The translations under genes and the position numbers were made by a program. The notes beneath the pieces were generated by a model, which was not told the DNA's origin, searched no databases, and was given only the letters and a program-made list of their open reading frames with translations. Shown here piece by piece: positions 1-25,605 of a DNA stretch of 64,000 nucleotides (its first letter is position 1; the number at the start of each line of letters is the position of its first letter). Origin of the DNA: Monocercomonoides exilis PA203 (lineage: Eukaryota > Protista > Preaxostyla). The stretch is taken from positions 496,001 through 560,000 of the forward strand of contig LSRY02000011.1 of assembly GCA_001643675.2 (NCBI GenBank), in the 5' to 3' direction.

Positions 1-14178
<14,178 letters not shown>

Positions 14179-15483
14179 ATTTTTTACAGCATTAATCCAA
14201 ATACGATTATCGTTAAAAAAAAATCAAAAAGAATCTTTGACTATTTCGTTATGGTTCAAAAGATGGAATTTTCGATAAACATATCCTTTTTTTTAAAACA
14301 ATTTCGATAAGTTCCAAACTTATTCTGATATCGTATCAAAATAAAAATTTAAATAAAAAGCAAAAACATGAAGAAAATTAAAAAAAAAGATAAAAAATGA
14401 AAAACAATTCATGAAACAATTTTCGAAAGCTAAAAACATCGTAAAAAAAGATTCGATAATGTTGTATGGAAATATATTGAAATCCGAAAATTAAATACCA
14501 TTTTTCTGTGGAATGTATTATTTTTGTTATTAAAAAATAAATTTTTGATAAATATTAATCTTTTTTGACCATTTTTTTTTTTTTCCGAAAACATGATTGA
14601 ATTATCAGAAAGAAAAGTTATTAAATGAAAGAATTTTTTATTATTTTTTAAAAATTTTTTATTTTTTATTTTTTTGTAACTGTAAGTTGAAAAATTGTGT
14701 TTCGTATCGAGCAAATTTATGATGCTCTCAAAACAAAATATCAATACGAATTTATATTTTTATTGAAATTTCAAAAAAAAAAAATAACTGATCATTTTAT
14801 AAGGACCATAATACATTTATAAATTATTCACGAAATTCTATGATTTCATTCTAGCAAACGTGTGATTAACATTTTTTTGTATTTTATTGAATGCAAATCA
14901 ACAAATTGTTATTTGGATGTAAGTGGGAAATGAGATTAAACGAAAATCATGTTCATTACAGAATTGAAACAAGTAAAATTAACTTTGGAGAAATATATTG
15001 CATTAATATTCCTGTAAGTTGAAAATACGCTTTAATCAATTTTATTGCAATTCATTTCTTATTTTCCTTACGGCAAGAGAATAATTTTGCGATTTTCGAA
15101 TAGGCTGCTCCACAAGACTCATTTGCGAACTGAAACAACCCAAAAGCATTGGAAAGAGTGAGTACATAGCTTTTACGCAAACTTCGTTCGTTGCAATATT
15201 TTTTTGAGCATCACATAACATATAATTACAATTTTTTGTGAGACAAGAAAACGGTTTTGAATCGAATTCAATGAAGTTTCATCAAGAAAGCCAAGAACGG
15301 AAGTCAAGGCCTTATAAAAATCAGTTATCTGTTCTGCAGTGATAAAGCAAATACTCTTCTGCATGAAAAATGGTTCAGAAGGCGCCATCTTATCAAATAG
15401 ACTACTATCACAAAAATAAGTGACCCACAAGAAAAATATTTGATTAGAAATAATCATTAATAATTTTACATTTCGTATCAAAA

Positions 15484-18400
15484 ATGTTGTTAATTGCAAT
15501 AGCATTTCTTTTGGCTGGACACAAAATTCTATTTCAGGATTTCTGCGAGTCTGCAGGATTTGAAGTTATCTGTGCAAGTGACAATTTCAATAATGAGAAC
15601 TTTATTCCTGCGCAAGGAAATAGTTTTTCATACGAAGGATTGAGAAGCAAAATCAGCGGTGATATTCTCAGCGAATCGTCTTTTTCATCGCAAAACAATT
15701 TCGCAGATGAAAATGAGGAGACAGAAAGGAAAATCCTCGAAAATGAGAAAAGCAAAGAAGGAGGATCACCTGAATGCAAAAAGGATTGCAATTTGAAGAA
15801 TCAAAGGCAGATTATCGATAGGCGCCCAACAATTCTGAAGGAATTCAATTCAAAGGAAGGAGAATGTATGATCAAAGGATGTTTTGATTTGAAGAATGCT
15901 TCAGTTGGATGGAGTGGATTGGAATTGGTATCTGTGAATGGAAAGACTGCAATTTGTGGAACTGAAGGAAGCCGAGCTGCTTTAAGAGGCTGTAGGGTTG
16001 TAATGAGTTGCAGAGTTCCTCTTTTTGAAACGCATGGGAGTTGTGTATTGCTGGAAAATATCACATTGCAATCATCAAATCCATTATCGAACGAAATTTC
16101 TCCGCTTTTCTCATTGAAAGGCACAATCAACAAGGCTTCTTATAAAAGCCTTCTTTCTGTCCGTTTTTCGTGTTTTTCTTCCTTTTGCGTCTCCTCAGCT
16201 CCTTTTCTGGCTTCTCCATTGATTGAGAGTATTTCACTTGCTGATCTGATATTCTTCAACATTTCAACAAAACCTTCAGATTGTTCATCTCCCACTGCTT
16301 CAATTTATAAAACTCAATGTTTTATGCAAAGTTGCTCATTCTCATCTGTTTGTGATGTGTATGATGGAGGGATTGTTCCTTCACTGAACAATCCCTTGGC
16401 TTCTTTAACTGCCTCAAACACCTCATTCGTTGGGTGTTGTCGAACAAGAAATGTTGAACACATCGGAACAGAAGAGGAAAAGAAACAACCAGGGAGAATA
16501 AATGAAACAGACAACGGTGCAAATACATTCACATGGTGCGAATGGATAGGATCAAATACAACAGGAACATATTTAGTAATTGAAGACGGGCAATCTTGTG
16601 GAGGGGCAATATATATGTATGGTCATCCAAATGGAGAACTTTTTGTTTCACATTGTAAATTTAATGATTGCACTGCCCATTATGATGGAGGTGGCATATT
16701 GTGCGCAAGTGTGAAATCGTTTAAGATCGAGAACAATACATTCAATTCATGCACAACAGAAGTGAATGTCGGAGGAGCGATTTGTGCTTTGTCAATAACA
16801 GCATGCGTTCGCATCAGAGGATGCGAATTCGAAAAATGCAAAGCAAAAACCCACGGAGGAGGGCTTTATCTTGAAAATTTTTTAATTTTAGGAACAGGAT
16901 GCATTGAAGCGGAAGATGGAGAAGGGAAAAGTGCCTGTGTATTTGACTGCAGTTTCTCTTCGTGCTCAATTGATAGCAAATGGGGAGGAGGAATGAATTG
17001 TCGTAATGTACCTGTCCAATTCAAAATGAGGAGCATCCAATTCATTTCGTGTAAAGCTTCGTCATATGGAGGAGGATTGCATCTTTCACCAAATCAGTCA
17101 TCATCGCAAAGCGATTCATATTATTGTTATTTTCTATTCTTCACTGAATGTGAGTGCAGAACTGCTTCCACACCATATGGTCATGACGTGCACTTTGAAG
17201 ATTATTTTGATGTCTATTCTGCTTCCAATCCGTTCTATGAATGCTATACTACAAACACTAACGATACAAGAGTTTGTTATGCGTGTAATTACTCGAATGC
17301 AAGTGATTGGACGTATGATCAAACAACAAAAAAGGATTGGCTGAAACGAGGGATAGTTAATCGGTTTGTAGCAGTAAGTGGAGGAAATGAAGAGGATTTG
17401 TGCGGAATTGATGAATCAAGTGCGTGCAGAACCATTGGTGTTGCAGTCAGTCGGAGCGTGATGCAGTTGAGCTTGTCCGTCACGCTGATGAAAGGGAATT
17501 ACGCAAGCGAGACAGAAACAATTAACATTGGAGAAAAGAAGATTTCAGTCATTGGAACAGGCATAGATAAAAGTTCGATTGGAACAGGTGCACTTTCTGC
17601 TCCATCTTCGTCGGGAGCACTGTTCAGCATGACGGAAGGTTATTTGAGAATGAAATACTTGAACGTAGACTGCAACTCAACAGCAGATTCTTCGCCAAGT
17701 GTGGTTGTGGTATCTGATGGAAGTGGGACTCTCTCATTGGAGGATGTTGTGATCACTACGAGTGTTTCTTCAGGAAATGTGATTTCTTCGTCAGTGTTTG
17801 TGGTGTCACTCTCGCAGCTGTCGATGGCTGATGTGGAGATCATTAATATGAATGTCTCAAAACCCTTGTTCTCTGAACCGGATCTATCTTCTTCTTTTTC
17901 ATCCTCCTCATCCACGCTGTTTCTGCAAGCCGCAGTATCTGAAGAGAGTATGTTGGCGAATGTGAAAGTGACGAATGTGAAGTTGACTGAAGGAGACGGG
18001 GTGGTTGTGACAAAGAGTGTGGCAGAAGGGGAGACATTTGTGGTCAAGAATGTGACAATCGAAGATTGTGAGTGCGTGGATGGAAGTGGTGGTGGGATAA
18101 AGATTGATTTATCATCGTCTTCAAGCAAGTTGCGAGCAGGGATTTCATCAACACCAGAAGGCGAAACAACAAAATTCAACAGATGCAAATGCAGCGGATA
18201 TGGAGGAGGGATAATGCTGTATTTGGATGAAAATTCATTTGACTTTTCAATATGTTCAGTTAACTTTGAAGGATGTACAGCAAAATCTGGCGGAAATTAT
18301 CTGTTTGTGAATGGAAGCGAGCTTGCAATCGGGACAATTTCTACAACAAATCTGAATGTTCAGCGAAACGCAATAGCATTCAACGAGCTGGTGGGATTCG

Positions 18401-21400
18401 ACAGAAGTGATCCAACACTGGGGCTATTTCCGCTGAATGTGTATTTGGATGAAATAGAGGGATCAGCACATGTTGGAAAGGCGAAAGAGAATGGGCTAGG
18501 AGGATGCAACTCGCTCTTTTGTGGACTTGATTATTATCCGTGTGCAACCATCACTCACGCAGCTAAAGTGCGTTATCCAGAAGCAAACAAGAACATTGAA
18601 TTGGATTCAGGATTTGAGCTTGCGGAAGAGGTTGCAATGATTGGTGAATATGAATGGAAGGTGTTTTGTATCACAAAAGGGATGAAAGTGAGCGTGAAAA
18701 TTCCAGATAATTTGGAATCCGAGTTCTTGATTGAGGTGCAGAGCGCATGCAAAATGGAAAACATCAGCTTTTCCATTCCAACAGATCTTGAAGGGGTAAC
18801 ATCACTAATTTCAACCAACTCAACACTCCTCACACTTACAGACTGTTCTGTTTGTTGCTCCTCAGAGAATACAGAAGGTGATGCAATTGGATGCAGCTTT
18901 GTCAGGGCAATTGGAAGAAAACTGAAAATGGAAGGTTTTGTGATTGAAGAAAGTTTAATGTTTGGAGTTCACTCGTTGGTTGAGTTTGCAAGTGGGGTGG
19001 ATGCTGTGGTGTGTGTGGGATGCAATGTGAGCAACGTTGAAAAGAGAAATGGAGATGGGGGATGGATGGATGGGGAAGTTGGGGCAGAAAGAGATGAGGG
19101 AAAGAATGGGATAATTGTGATTGAAGGATGCAATATCAAAGGGTGCAGCTGCTGTGGAAGAGGAGGGGGGATACATGCAAGTGTGAAAGGAGAAGGAAGT
19201 GTGGTTGTGAATGGGACAAGTGTGATTGATGGATGTGAAGCGAATGGTTTGGGAGAAAGAAAAGGGAGAGGCGGAGGAATGATGGTTGAGATGGGGAGCA
19301 GAGATTGTGGATTGAAAATAGAGGGCGGTGTGAAGTTTTCAGTTGATGCAGATAACATCGCAATGTTTGGGAAGGATGTGTTTGTTAGTTGCAATTCTGG
19401 GATATTGCTTGAAACAAAAGTGAATGCAACATCATTTGCACTATTTGATGCAAGTGCCATTCCAACAGATGTTTTGGAGCTGAGTGGGACTGAGAATGGG
19501 AATGAAGATGAGGTGATTCCGCTGTTTGTGTATTTGTGTTCAATGGGATCAAAGCTGATTGTTGATGGGAGTGGGGAATGGTCATTGGATCACAGCCGAT
19601 GTGGATTCGAGAAGTTTGGGTGTCTGACGATTGACTATTGCATAAGTGAGAGAGCGAACATAAGCATTCATATAATCGAAGTTGTTTCTGAATCATCAAT
19701 TAAAAGTGAAGTGAAAGTGGCTTCATGTGATGTGTGCCTATCAGGGAAAATAGAATCAGTGGAAGAAGAGAAGATGAGAGTGGAGGTGAGTGATGAAGGA
19801 TCAGCAAACCAAGAAAGGTTTATTGAGTGCACAAGTTCGCTTTCAGTCAGCTATATCACTTTTTCTGTGGATTCTCCTCTGAAAAACGCAAGAAAGGCAC
19901 TTATTTATTCATCGCTGTCAACACTTACAATCGCAAACTGCTCCATTTCATTTGCAGAGGAGGCACTGACAAATGGGATGATTGGATACAGCATTATTGA
20001 CAAAAAAGGAGGGAAGCTGATTGTTGATGGATTTGTGATAGAAGAGGAAGTGATGATGACAATGAATGGAATATCACCAATAATGATGAAAAATGGAACG
20101 GAATTGGAGATGAGGAACATCGGTGTGAGTGGAGTGGAAGTGGCAGGTGGGAGTGGAGGAGGATGCTTGAATGTGGAAATCAATGAGATGGGGAACGCGA
20201 ATATTGAAGGATGCAATTTGTCATCGACATGCTCAGGTGGAAGTGGGATGAAAGGAGGAGGGGTGATGATATCTGTTGGAGAGAGAGGAAGTTTGGAGAT
20301 GAAAAATATGAAGTTTGATGGATGTGGAGTGCCATCAACGGATAAAGAGGAAGGGGGAAGAGGAATTGGAGGAGGGATGTTTGTGAGATTTGCAGAAGAA
20401 ATGGGATCAACTGTGCTTGAAGGAATGATATTCGAAGGATGCAATGCCTGGAAAGGGAAGAATGTGTTTGTTTCAGGATGGGATCTGAGTGAGATAATGC
20501 CAAACGAACAACTGAAATGGGAGATAACTGAAGAGAAGTTGGATTTATTGGATGAGTTGTGTGGATGGGAAAGGAAGACAGCAGGAGAGGGATATGTGAT
20601 TCCACTTGTTGTGTATTTGTGGAGCAACTGGAGTGGGAATGGGTTTGTTTCGAAGGAGAAAGGAGGAGATTTCAGTGGGTGTGGGTATTCAGAAGCACCA
20701 TGTTCATCGATTGATCGCTTGATATCACTGAGATATTCAACACTTGAAGAAGGGGAAACACACATCCACATTATTGGATCGGGGTTGCTGAGCCATCCAA
20801 TATCATTTTCTTTTTCTTTTATTTCATCATCAATTTTAGAGTCACCAAAAGTGGTGATTGAAGGGACAAAGAAAGGGACAGCTTTGATCATAAGTGACGA
20901 AGATGAGAATGACCTGAATGATTGTTCAATGATATCATCGAATGTGAGCCTGTCATTTGTCAATGTGTCATTCACCAAGCCAACAATCACGACCCATCAT
21001 GAAGTGTTTATAGAATCCTCTGGAACAAATGCATGTTTGACAGTTGTTGATTGCTCTTTTGGTTCATTGACAGGATTGACAGAGACAGCAGGATATTGCT
21101 TGATGAGAGTGAATGGAGGGAATATTTTAATACAAAGATGCGCGGTGAATGGGATAAATGAATTGAAAGGATTCATTGCTTTCACTCCAGAAGTGCTCAA
21201 TGTAATTGTTGAGGATGTGAAGATCACAAATATTGGAGTGATCGAAAGAAGCCTTATGACTATTATCGAGAATGATCATTCAAATGGAATAGCTGAATGT
21301 CTAAAGGAAAAAGGAAGGGGAAACAGGGAAATAGCTATTTCAAGCCCGCAGATGATTGTGAATATATCTACATTTGAAAACATTACGAACGAAGGAAATG

Positions 21401-24400
21401 GGGCATGTGTTGTGAATGTGAGATGTGCTGAAAGTGGGATAAGATGTGAGCTGGAAGGATGTTCGATGACAAATTGCAAGAGTGAGAGGAGCGAAGAAGG
21501 AGGAGGGATGAAAGCGTGTGTGAAGAGTGAAGGAAACGGTCTAAAGATAAAAGGATGCTCGTTGGTGATGTGTATGTGTTCGGCAGCGAAGGGAAAGGGA
21601 GGAGGACTGATGGTTGATGGGGTAGACCAGAAGGCGGATTTTGCAGAAACAGGGATTATGGGTCTTGGATTACGAATGGAAAGCGTCAGATTCATAATGA
21701 ATGATGCATTTGTGGGTAGGGATGTGTTCATAAAATGCTATTCGATTGAGGACCAGATCAATGAAACACTGTTCTCTCTGGACTTCACGCAGGATTCACT
21801 GAAATCAGAGAACTCGATATGTGGGAGCGATTTGAGAGGGAAGATAAATCAAAATCTGATTCCGTTTGTTTCAATCTATTGTGGGGTTCAGGCGTTTGTC
21901 AGTGGAGAAGGGGTCGATGGCAGACAGTGTGGAGCTCAGAACAGTCCTTGTTCCAGTGTCAACTGTGCAGTTGATCATATTCAAGAAGGAGTGATGAATG
22001 CGATTCTTATTGATGGAGAAGGGACTGTGACAAAGGAATGTGTGATCGGGGATCTGGTTGTAAATTCACTCAAAAAGGCACAGGCGATTGTGAGACTGAA
22101 CTCCAAGGTTGAGAAATCATCTGATAAGGATTGTATCATGGAGTTTATAAATGAATGTTCTGTGGAGAGATGCTCATTTCAGTTTGAAGAGACATTTGAG
22201 TCAACACACAATTGCCTTATGAAAGTGAAGAACGGATCTATGGAGATACAAAAATGTGAATTCTGCTCAACCGAAACTGAATTAAAAGTGAACAGTTCAA
22301 TTGTGAATGTGGAAAGAGGAGAGCTGAGGATATTTGATTCAGCATTCATGAATCTTCATTCATCGGCATCATTGCTTTCATTTTGTGAAGAGTCAAAAGT
22401 GGAAGTGGTTGAGACGATCATCACAAACATTGAATGTGAACGCGATGTGGTTGTGGTGGGAGGCAAAGCGAAAGTGGAAATGAAAGAAATAGCAGCCAAT
22501 AATATTTCATTGATGAAAGGAGGAAGTTCAATGAAGATTGAAGGAGCAGAAAAAGATGTGAGTGTTCTGAATTGCTCATTTGGCAAATGCACAAATTCGA
22601 AGGATAAAGGAAGCATGGTTCAGATAAGAGAAGGCAGAGCAGTGAGGATTGAGGCATGTGCATTTGATGGAGAAGGGAATGGAGAAGGGAGAGAAGAAAC
22701 AAATGGAAAAATGAACAGGAAAGAAATCTGTGGGTGGAATGGGTCATTGGTTGATGTTGAAAATAGCAAAGTGGAGATGAAAGAAACAGCAATCAAAAAT
22801 AGCAAAGCTGGTGGATTGTGGGTGAGTGGAGGTAGTTTGGCGATTGAAAATGGAAAGTTTGAGAACAATAATCCATCCATTGAGGGATATCCATCTGTTC
22901 GAAGGAATGCGATCTGCACAGGGAATGGTGAATTGAACGTGGTGAGTTTGAAAGGGGGAGATGGAATGGAGAAAAACACATCGTTGTGGATATTGGATGA
23001 AGGATGCAAATTGGGAGGAATAGCAGCTGAAAGAGCGTCCCCCTTCTTTATTCCTGTTCTTGAAGATGTGAAAAATGCAACTCAGCCATCAGGTGAATTG
23101 GAGTTGATCATTCATGGGAAGCTGCTTCTGCCATGCAATTTGTCAGTGAAGATAAGCATGAAAGAAGGAGATGAAGAGGAAATCGTGAGAAAAGGAATTG
23201 ATGAAGAAGACTGTGTGTCAGAGAATGAAGTCCATTCAACAATTTCTTTGGAATTGCTCAAAGTGATGGAAAATAAAGCTGAAGCGAGCATGTGCATTCA
23301 ATTTGGAAAATCCAATTTACCATCATTCACAACAGAATTCATCCTGAAAAACAGAAGTGAAACTCGGGGAAGTGGAAACGATAAACTTGTGGAAGGTAGA
23401 AAAGAGGGAAAGTCATCATGGGAATTGATTGCAATTATTATGACTATTGTTTTATCAATTGTTCTAATCGTTGCAGTTGCTTTTATTGTTCGATGGAGAA
23501 AGGCAAAGAAACGAGCTAAAGAACTGGAAGTGATTGTGAAAGACACGATAAGGAAGGATCCAAAGGCGTTTGAGATGGTGACAATGGAGATGTCACCTGA
23601 GGAGCAGTGGAAAAGAGTTGAGAGAGAGGCAGAAAAGAAGAACGAAGAGTTTTCAAAGAAGAGGGTGTATGAAAAGAGCTTAGTGCACTCAGAATCATCA
23701 CAGTATCTGCTGGCTGAAAGTGGCTCCACAGAATATATATTGAGAAGAGATTCAGACGAGATTCCAGAATGGGCATTGGAAAAGGTTGAAGAAGATGAAG
23801 ATGATGATGAAATTAGAAAAAGAACGCCCTCGCCTTCTATTTCATCCACTTCAACAATTTCAACCACTGACACGGACACAACATTTGTGCAAATTGAAGA
23901 TTTGTGCCCAACTACATCATCGATGTCGAATCTGGTGGATGCAATGGCCTGCTCATCGCCTCATGAGAAATTGATTGTGGATCTGAGGGATTCTTTGTTC
24001 ATGCTGCTTCATGGAAGGAATGAGAAGAAGGAGATGACGATTGGCACTCTTCAGGAGAGGGAGCTGATGGCTGCTCAGATTCTATTCTGGGTGGCTAATC
24101 TCGCGCTTCATTCATTTGATGAAATGGAAGTTCCTCTTTCTTCTCTTGCCAATTTGAGTCCTCACATTGTGCTCTTCTCAGAGCATATGGTCATCTGCAT
24201 TGTGATGCATTCAGACTTTTCTTCTGACGATGATTCAGATTCTTCATCCATCTCATCCTCCACCATTATCACTTCCTCATCGGATGATTCAACCATCAAC
24301 AAAAATGGCAGAGGTTCACCACCTCCATCTTCAGCATTTGAGGAAGAGGATGACTTCAAAAAAGAGTGTTTGAGGTGGAAGGCGCCAGAGCTGCTGAATG

Positions 24401-24768
24401 GCGCAAAGACGCATGCAACGAAGAAGACTGTTGCATTCTCGATTGGGATGATGCTGTGGGAGAGCCTGACGCTGCAGATCCCGTTTGGGGAGTATGAGGC
24501 TGTGGTTGCAGGAGATAAGATTGTGAGAGGAGAAAGGCCCGACACAAGCAAGACGATTGAGACGAGCTATTGCGAAGTGATAAAGGAGTGCCTTTCGGTT
24601 GACCGAAAAGAGAGGCCAACGCTGGTCGGGCTGAAGCGGGAGTTCATTGGGCATTTCCCAGCAGGCACAGTCATGCTCACCGTGTCTGATGCAATCGACT
24701 ATGAAGCAGTCAGCTTTGTTGAGGATCAAAGGCTGTCCACTGGGCAGATGATGAGCTCGGAGCAGTGA
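15484..24768 (+). CDS. 3,094-aa type-I membrane protein: signal peptide, Cys/Gly-rich beta-helix-like repeat ectodomain, single TM, C-terminal degenerate TKL-like kinase C-lobe (pseudokinase)
   Basis: Intronless ORF with hydrophobic N-terminus MLLIAIAFLLAG. Many GGAI/GGG[ILM] and FxxC turns; five CGxxxx(P)Cx(T/S)I caps. TM LIAIIMTIVLSIVLIVAVAFIV followed by RWRKAKKR. Kinase subdomains VIII-XI: LRWKAPELL, FSIGMMLWESLTLQIPF, GERPD, IKECL..ERP. Confidence 0.9.
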   Translation: MLLIAIAFLLAGHKILFQDFCESAGFEVICASDNFNNENFIPAQGNSFSYEGLRSKISGDILSESSFSSQNNFADENEETERKILENEKSKEGGSPECKKDCNLKNQRQIIDRRPTILKEFNSKEGECMIKGCFDLKNASVGWSGLELVSVNGKTAICGTEGSRAALRGCRVVMSCRVPLFETHGSCVLLENITLQSSNPLSNEISPLFSLKGTINKASYKSLLSVRFSCFSSFCVSSAPFLASPLIESISLADLIFFNISTKPSDCSSPTASIYKTQCFMQSCSFSSVCDVYDGGIVPSLNNPLASLTASNTSFVGCCRTRNVEHIGTEEEKKQPGRINETDNGANTFTWCEWIGSNTTGTYLVIEDGQSCGGAIYMYGHPNGELFVSHCKFNDCTAHYDGGGILCASVKSFKIENNTFNSCTTEVNVGGAICALSITACVRIRGCEFEKCKAKTHGGGLYLENFLILGTGCIEAEDGEGKSACVFDCSFSSCSIDSKWGGGMNCRNVPVQFKMRSIQFISCKASSYGGGLHLSPNQSSSQSDSYYCYFLFFTECECRTASTPYGHDVHFEDYFDVYSASNPFYECYTTNTNDTRVCYACNYSNASDWTYDQTTKKDWLKRGIVNRFVAVSGGNEEDLCGIDESSACRTIGVAVSRSVMQLSLSVTLMKGNYASETETINIGEKKISVIGTGIDKSSIGTGALSAPSSSGALFSMTEGYLRMKYLNVDCNSTADSSPSVVVVSDGSGTLSLEDVVITTSVSSGNVISSSVFVVSLSQLSMADVEIINMNVSKPLFSEPDLSSSFSSSSSTLFLQAAVSEESMLANVKVTNVKLTEGDGVVVTKSVAEGETFVVKNVTIEDCECVDGSGGGIKIDLSSSSSKLRAGISSTPEGETTKFNRCKCSGYGGGIMLYLDENSFDFSICSVNFEGCTAKSGGNYLFVNGSELAIGTISTTNLNVQRNAIAFNELVGFDRSDPTLGLFPLNVYLDEIEGSAHVGKAKENGLGGCNSLFCGLDYYPCATITHAAKVRYPEANKNIELDSGFELAEEVAMIGEYEWKVFCITKGMKVSVKIPDNLESEFLIEVQSACKMENISFSIPTDLEGVTSLISTNSTLLTLTDCSVCCSSENTEGDAIGCSFVRAIGRKLKMEGFVIEESLMFGVHSLVEFASGVDAVVCVGCNVSNVEKRNGDGGWMDGEVGAERDEGKNGIIVIEGCNIKGCSCCGRGGGIHASVKGEGSVVVNGTSVIDGCEANGLGERKGRGGGMMVEMGSRDCGLKIEGGVKFSVDADNIAMFGKDVFVSCNSGILLETKVNATSFALFDASAIPTDVLELSGTENGNEDEVIPLFVYLCSMGSKLIVDGSGEWSLDHSRCGFEKFGCLTIDYCISERANISIHIIEVVSESSIKSEVKVASCDVCLSGKIESVEEEKMRVEVSDEGSANQERFIECTSSLSVSYITFSVDSPLKNARKALIYSSLSTLTIANCSISFAEEALTNGMIGYSIIDKKGGKLIVDGFVIEEEVMMTMNGISPIMMKNGTELEMRNIGVSGVEVAGGSGGGCLNVEINEMGNANIEGCNLSSTCSGGSGMKGGGVMISVGERGSLEMKNMKFDGCGVPSTDKEEGGRGIGGGMFVRFAEEMGSTVLEGMIFEGCNAWKGKNVFVSGWDLSEIMPNEQLKWEITEEKLDLLDELCGWERKTAGEGYVIPLVVYLWSNWSGNGFVSKEKGGDFSGCGYSEAPCSSIDRLISLRYSTLEEGETHIHIIGSGLLSHPISFSFSFISSSILESPKVVIEGTKKGTALIISDEDENDLNDCSMISSNVSLSFVNVSFTKPTITTHHEVFIESSGTNACLTVVDCSFGSLTGLTETAGYCLMRVNGGNILIQRCAVNGINELKGFIAFTPEVLNVIVEDVKITNIGVIERSLMTIIENDHSNGIAECLKEKGRGNREIAISSPQMIVNISTFENITNEGNGACVVNVRCAESGIRCELEGCSMTNCKSERSEEGGGMKACVKSEGNGLKIKGCSLVMCMCSAAKGKGGGLMVDGVDQKADFAETGIMGLGLRMESVRFIMNDAFVGRDVFIKCYSIEDQINETLFSLDFTQDSLKSENSICGSDLRGKINQNLIPFVSIYCGVQAFVSGEGVDGRQCGAQNSPCSSVNCAVDHIQEGVMNAILIDGEGTVTKECVIGDLVVNSLKKAQAIVRLNSKVEKSSDKDCIMEFINECSVERCSFQFEETFESTHNCLMKVKNGSMEIQKCEFCSTETELKVNSSIVNVERGELRIFDSAFMNLHSSASLLSFCEESKVEVVETIITNIECERDVVVVGGKAKVEMKEIAANNISLMKGGSSMKIEGAEKDVSVLNCSFGKCTNSKDKGSMVQIREGRAVRIEACAFDGEGNGEGREETNGKMNRKEICGWNGSLVDVENSKVEMKETAIKNSKAGGLWVSGGSLAIENGKFENNNPSIEGYPSVRRNAICTGNGELNVVSLKGGDGMEKNTSLWILDEGCKLGGIAAERASPFFIPVLEDVKNATQPSGELELIIHGKLLLPCNLSVKISMKEGDEEEIVRKGIDEEDCVSENEVHSTISLELLKVMENKAEASMCIQFGKSNLPSFTTEFILKNRSETRGSGNDKLVEGRKEGKSSWELIAIIMTIVLSIVLIVAVAFIVRWRKAKKRAKELEVIVKDTIRKDPKAFEMVTMEMSPEEQWKRVEREAEKKNEEFSKKRVYEKSLVHSESSQYLLAESGSTEYILRRDSDEIPEWALEKVEEDEDDDEIRKRTPSPSISSTSTISTTDTDTTFVQIEDLCPTTSSMSNLVDAMACSSPHEKLIVDLRDSLFMLLHGRNEKKEMTIGTLQERELMAAQILFWVANLALHSFDEMEVPLSSLANLSPHIVLFSEHMVICIVMHSDFSSDDDSDSSSISSSTIITSSSDDSTINKNGRGSPPPSSAFEEEDDFKKECLRWKAPELLNGAKTHATKKTVAFSIGMMLWESLTLQIPFGEYEAVVAGDKIVRGERPDTSKTIETSYCEVIKECLSVDRKERPTLVGLKREFIGHFPAGTVMLTVSDAIDYEAVSFVEDQRLSTGQMMSSEQ

Positions 24769-24954
24769 CAGAGCTGCTCGTGAATCACAAAAAAGAGAAA
24801 ACAGCCAAAAAGATCATTTTCAAGTGCTTTTCCGAATTGTTCGCACAACAGTCCCTTCTTCATTTTTATATTCTTGTAATATTTGAATTTAATGTGTAAC
24901 TCAAATTCTTGTTGTTTTCGTTTCTTTTCTTTCTGTTGAAATAAGCTTATTTTT

Positions 24955-24990
24955 ATTTCTATTTTTATTTTATTTATTTATTTATTTATT

Positions 24991-25040
<50 letters not shown>
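24955..25040. repeat. (TTTA)n run followed by a long poly(T) tract
   Basis: Seen directly, about 190 bp downstream of the receptor-kinase stop codon. Confidence 0.9.
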
Positions 25041-25046
<6 letters not shown>

Positions 25047-25605
25047 TGAAGTTGAAGTTAGAGGCAAGAAAGGTTAATTGCAGGTCAGGGAACAAATTCG
25101 ATCTTGATGCTTTTGAAAATATACTTATAAATGTATTCAATAAACAATGTGCACCAAAAAACCAATAATCTAACATAAGGCGATAAAAAAATTAATAAAA
25201 TTTTATTACCATTTCGATGATTTATTAACTTTTTGCAATTTCTTCTGCAAGAGGTTGCTTTAGGGGTACCCGCTTTTTTCGTTTCAACCAAAAATATTTA
25301 GCTAAAAATGCAATGTTAAGAAATTATGAATGTGTCCGGTTAATAATTACCTATTGATCAAAATTAAAAATGACTGAATGATTATTTTTTATTCATATCA
25401 TAACTATCATGAAGTTTTATTCAAATCTCATATCATGGCTTGAATTGAGTTGTAATCAACCCTTAAACTCGGAAATAGCAGGAATATACAAATTTTTAAC
25501 ACAAAAATGTCCTTTTATTGTAGTTCAATCAATTTGTCGAAATTTTAATTTCATAATTTCAACTAGATGACAGTTGTTTGATAGAATGAAAATCCCAAAA
25601 AAGTG

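Noticed and set aside
15173-15505. 110-aa minus-strand ORF overlapping the start of the receptor gene
   Set aside because: No recognisable motif and AT-rich promoter-like composition; I cannot support it.
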